From the NCBI GenBank assembly GCA_905178155.1, contig CAJINV010000002.1:1153809-1217808 (forward strand): 64,000 nt of DNA, written 5' to 3'. The notes beneath the pieces were generated by a model, which made no database searches, was not told the DNA's origin, and worked only from the letters and a program-made list of their open reading frames with translations. How positions within the stretch are numbered: position 1 is the first letter of the stretch; the number at the start of each line of letters is the position of its first letter. This DNA comes from Amoebophrya sp. A120. Taxonomy: Eukaryota; Protista; Dinoflagellata. This document shows, piece after piece, positions 60,701 to 64,000 of the stretch. Position numbers and translations under genes: made by a program.

Positions 60701-63238
60701 TAGGGTGAGAATCTGTGGCAAATCTGTGATGCGGGACGTGCAAGGTCACCCCTTTCACTTTTGCCCTTCTTGCATCACAGATTCTAATTCATGTAACAGT
60801 TGGGAATGTAACAGTTGAGAGCGCCATAATACGTCGTTTGCGTTTCGAACGGGTAGCGTAAGAAATTCTCCGACAGACACCGCTGGAAAAACAACTTATT
60901 CGAACTGGCCTTGTCCGCGTGCAGGAGCTCCAGTTTCTGCTCCAGATGGGAAACGTGGGTGACTAAATCCCTTTGTCGGTTCTTGAACTTCTGCTCAAAA
61001 TAGGCCTGCATCCCGTGGTACTCCGTTTGAAACAAGTCGACTTTTTGATACAAAACTTGCGACGCTTTCGTCAAATGCTTCATCAAGGTCTTCTGCGACT
61101 CGAGGGAAGGGAGTAAGACTTTCTCCTTCGCGGTTAACTTCTCGTCGATCAGGTCCCGCAAGTCTTCGATCAGCAACAGGTGCTCGTCCCGAAAATGGAA
61201 AACCGAAGCGATCTCCGCTTCTGCCTGTTCTAGTTGTTTCTTCTCCTGCTTTTTTCTCTCGGTTGTTGTAGTATCCTGGCCATCTTCTCCGTCGTCGTCG
61301 AAAAACTGGTCGTTCAACTGCTGCATCTTCTGCTTCACGTAGTCGAGCACTTTTTGCAGTTTCTGGAAAAGCAGCTCGTAATTCTCGACCACCTGTTTCT
61401 TCATTTCGTCCAAAGACTGCATCCGAGCGTAGCGATTGACGTAGTCAGAGTTATTATTTGCGTCCTCCGACTGAGGATCCGGCTGTGTATCTTGTGGCGT
61501 GTCTTTTTTGTCCAGAAAATCGATGAATCTGAACTCTTTTTCCACATCCATTAAGTCCTGCGCTATTGGGAGCAACGCGAGGTGCTCTGCATGTAGCTCC
61601 CTATCCTGTGCAAAAGTATCGCACTCGTACTAATTGCATTTATGCATTACAAATCTTTTTCTTAAGCTAAATCAGCATTACAAATTTTATTTGTCATGCT
61701 GAGGAAATTTGTGATGCACTCATACGAGTAGGAGTACGATACTTTTGCAAACCATACTCCCTGACTTCTCTCGACTTCTGCAAGTACTGCCGGTTATCCT
61801 TTATCGGGTGCGGCCCGACCCTCTGTCGATCGAACTCGGAATAAGAATCCCGGAGCGCGGACTGCCATTGGTCAGTCAAATTCCCTTCCAAGGTGGCGAG
61901 GACGGCGTCGACCTGAGTTTCAAAAATTGGACAAGCATGTCGTTCTTTGTCATGCAGCAGCAGCTATGCAGTAACACTAACAACAAATACACGCATGGTT
62001 TCTGTTTGAATCTTTGTCATGCGGAACACGGAATAAAAGTAAAACATAATAAACGATTCTTACGTACGTATTCAGTACCTTCTCCTGCATCAGATCGTGG
62101 ATTTCATTAATCCGCATCTCCACTGCCTTTTCCCGCTGCAGAATCGAGTCCTTTTATCAAATGTAAAACTGTCTGGGTCTGAAAGAGTCATGCTGTTTTT
62201 GCATGACACAGAAGGTTTTGCATGGAAGCTCTAGCGTCACAGGTTTCGAGAAGCTTCCGCAATGCCGAGCCCGCATGAGAAATCCCCCATGTTGGTGACA
62301 GCAAGTGGGCAGCTTTTGCTACCTATGCATGAGAGATTTTTCTGTGTCGTAAAATGCGCATCACAAGTTCGGATCCTTCCAGACCCAGACGCTTTTGCAT
62401 TTGATACCTTTGTCGCCCCGACAATGTCCTCGGACACGAAAACTTGTTCCAGGTCTGAGAAAACCTTCCGTACGTAACTCCGGATTTCGTTCAACACAGG
62501 ACTGCTACTCGCTGGGATTTTTGATTTGGCAAACAATTCTTCGGCGTGGTCGTCTCTTTCCTGAACTTCATTGTCCAATTCCTCATACCAATGCTTCAGC
62601 TTCTCCGTCACTTCATACAGCTGCTCGATTTCTCTTTCGTGCTTCACTTGCAAGTCCAGCCGTTTTTTGTTCTCCTGCTTCTCGATTTGGTCGACAAAAT
62701 TCTCCGTTTTCTGTAGCAGCTTTGTGCAGGTTTGCAGGATGTTCGTGTGGTCCGTGGTGATCGGGATCTTTGCGCCACTGTTGAAAGGCTGTTGTCCGGA
62801 CGTTGCGCCGGCCTGCTTCCCGCCTTTGATATTACTGCTTCCTCCAAAGGCACGCGAAGAGGAGGATGTGCCAGCTTGTCCACCGGTGCTGTTTCTGGTG
62901 CTGGTCCGCGTTTTCCTTTCCATCTCCAGCAACTGATCTTCTTCCTGTTTCCTCTTTTCCAAAATCGTCCTGCAGCGGTTCAAGTCCGACCGGAGCTGCT
63001 CGAAGGCAGTTTTCTCCTCCTGTTGGCCGGGATTGAGCAAATCGTGCAGCATGTTCTCTCTCTGCGTTGGCTTGATCCGGGCAGTAGTACCGTCGAACGC
63101 TTTTTCTTTCTGCTGGAGTAGCCTTTCCTGGTCCTCGATTTTCTGCCTTTTTTGGATTCGGTTGAGAAGACGGCTCTTGGCCTCGGCGTGGAGGGGGTTG
63201 GGAGGGGGAGGAGCTCCCGGGGCTGGTGACGAGGACAT
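48780..63238 (-). CDS. Very large coiled-coil/low-complexity protein (~3067 aa, 14 exons)
   Basis: All junctions are in frame after removing 12 TIR elements (+5 nt) and GT-AG intron 61913-62078, giving 9204 nt from MSSSPAPG to KQMKKK*. No domain recognised. Confidence 0.8.
50658..50877. mobile_element. TIR introner, family E
   Basis: Perfect TIR TATGACAGTGCACAACTCCCCCTCCCCCT; TSD gcggt. Confidence 0.95.
50923..51244. mobile_element. TIR introner, family H
   Basis: TATTGA.A.GAAAAATCCC.CCTCCCCATATC.AAA.G TIR; TSD cggtg. Confidence 0.93.
53861..54166. mobile_element. TIR introner, family H-related
   Basis: TATTACA.TGAAAA.TGCC.CC.ACCCC TIR; TSD catca. Confidence 0.92.
54675..54836. mobile_element. 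TIR introner, family B
   Basis: Family B TIR; flanks acagt/acaat. Confidence 0.9.
54904..56799. mobile_element. Family C introner expanded to 1.9 kb by a nested GC-rich insertion
   Basis: Family C TIRs and TSD gtgta; removal fuses HELYT-AYKQEL; foreign DNA at ~55135-56760. Confidence 0.88.
55305..56305. repeat. GC-rich minisatellite, ~110-bp unit
   Basis: ACCTG(T/C)TTCTGCGCCCCTGGGCGGGGCGCCCCCCCC.AAGGACTACCCACGACC recurs at 55811, 55921, 56031 and ~56143, with variants; followed by 12-bp CATACCCCGGAA repeats (56450-56530, 56676-56720). Confidence 0.92.
57694..57865. mobile_element. TIR introner, family B
   Basis: TATGCATTGCAAAAG TIR; flanks aaaga/agagg. Removal plus 5 nt keeps the frame; removal using the apparent 3-bp repeat does not. 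Confidence 0.88.
58615..58802. mobile_element. TIR introner, family B (degenerate)
   Basis: TA.GC..TGCAAAAGTA TIR; flanks gcagt/ggagt. Confidence 0.85.
59181..59437. mobile_element. TIR introner, family C
   Basis: TATCAAATGCAAAA.TGTCTGGG TIR; TSD atcca. Confidence 0.92.
59693..60550. mobile_element. Family B introner carrying a nested transposon
   Basis: Family B TIRs, TSD tccaa; removal fuses VTELE-MHLQ. Confidence 0.9.
59760..60463. mobile_element. Nested ~700-bp TIR element with 9-bp duplication (Mutator-like MITE)
   Basis: TIR GTAGGCCAATTTCCCAACGACCC / GGGTCGTTGGGAATTGACCTAC, extending imperfectly for ~55 bp; AAATAAAAT duplicated at 59751-59759 and 60464-60472. Confidence 0.8.
60588..60828. 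mobile_element. TIR introner, family A
   Basis: TATGGCG.TCTCA...GTTACATTC.CAACTGTTACATGA TIR; TSD atacg. Confidence 0.93.
61602..61756. mobile_element. TIR introner, family B
   Basis: Family B TIR; TSD ctccc. Confidence 0.92.
62155..62406. mobile_element. TIR introner, family C; GT-AG compatible
   Basis: Family C TIR; TSD ccttt (aaagg on the sense strand). Confidence 0.93.
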
Positions 63239-64000
63239 GGTGGGCGAGGATAGAAGTGTAGAGACGAGATGGAGGTGTTTCTAGATCTGGTCTCAAAAGG
63301 TTTATTTTTTCATACTTACAGCATAATGTTTAGGCTTTCCACTGAACATCGATGACGATGTAAAAAAACGCAGCAGACTGATAGTAGACACAACTGCTAA
63401 GGCGAAAGAGGTTCTTGACGACGCGGTTGTCCTCTCGTACAATTTCATTCTACCGAAGTAGTAGTTGCTGGCTCGTTCTTACGCTCCCCTCATCATGCCT
63501 CCACGATTTTGATTTTCTTCAAAACGACAGGCCGCATTCGACGTCAACGACGCGCCTCATCTCAGCACTCTGAATCACAACATGTCTCTCGTTTCGGAAG
63601 ATTGTTACGACAAGCTGCTGCTGAAGAAGAAGAAGAAGACCCACATGATCTATCATACCTGGTACTACTAGCGAGTCAAGAAGCAAAACGATGCTGAGGC
63701 GAAGTCGAACATCTTCAAACACAGTTTTCCAACTTTTTCCAGTTACGAAGCGGCCCAAGGTTTCCGGACAGGTCGCGGGCCTGCTTCTCCAACGCAGCTG
63801 GCCACCGGGCGGAGCAAAAAATAGTGCGTCTCTTTTTCAGATATCAAGTGGGCCAAACCGCAAAAATGCTCTTTTTTCACCTTCTCCCGCTTGGTTTCTG
63901 CCATTTTTGCGACATTTTTGACCTCCTGGCCATTTTCCCATCTGGTCCGCTTTTTTTTCCTTCTCCCGCTTCATTTCTGGCCATTTCCCTGACCTTCACG

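Noticed and set aside
229-62406. Interpretation as ciliate-type TA-bounded IESs excised from DNA
   Set aside because: Paramecium-type excision leaves one TA, which does not fit the element + 5 nt frames here, and the continuum with GT-AG introns favours RNA splicing. Not formally excluded without read data.
63780-64000. CCATTT / TTCTCCCGCT repeats at the window end
   Set aside because: Possibly the start of another TE, but truncated and without a partner terminus to support a call.

Overview
This is eukaryotic, gene-dense DNA with almost all genes on the minus strand. The ORF track is fragmented because the genes are interrupted by about 42 short elements (127-358 bp, three larger). They fall into at least 8 families with terminal inverted repeats (TIRs), nearly all begin and end in TA, and they are flanked by a 5-bp target-site duplication (TSD). 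Removing each element plus 5 nt restores continuous reading frames. Checked by hand, this gives a 539-aa four-EF-hand protein, a 591-aa TTLL9-like tubulin polyglutamylase, two Cys-rich paralogs, two PAN/SGNH-hydrolase paralogs (1360 and 1242 aa) plus a broken third copy, and a ~3067-aa coiled-coil protein. The architecture matches the non-canonical 'introner' introns reported for the parasitic dinoflagellate Amoebophrya (Syndiniales); that host assignment is an inference. Beyond the known picture, the sequence suggests four things. First, a fixed splice register (intron = N-TA...TA-NNNN) unifies the TIR introns with the local GT-AG introns. Second, one GT-AG intron is a decayed TIR element. 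Third, a GCAT(G/C/T)ACA motif is shared by all families on both strands and by canonical introns. Fourth, there are kb-sized TA/5-bp-TSD elements that are candidate transposon relatives, along with nested insertions and intron presence/absence between paralogs. No transposase, rRNA, tRNA or CRISPR array was recognised. All gene models were assembled by eye without RNA data.
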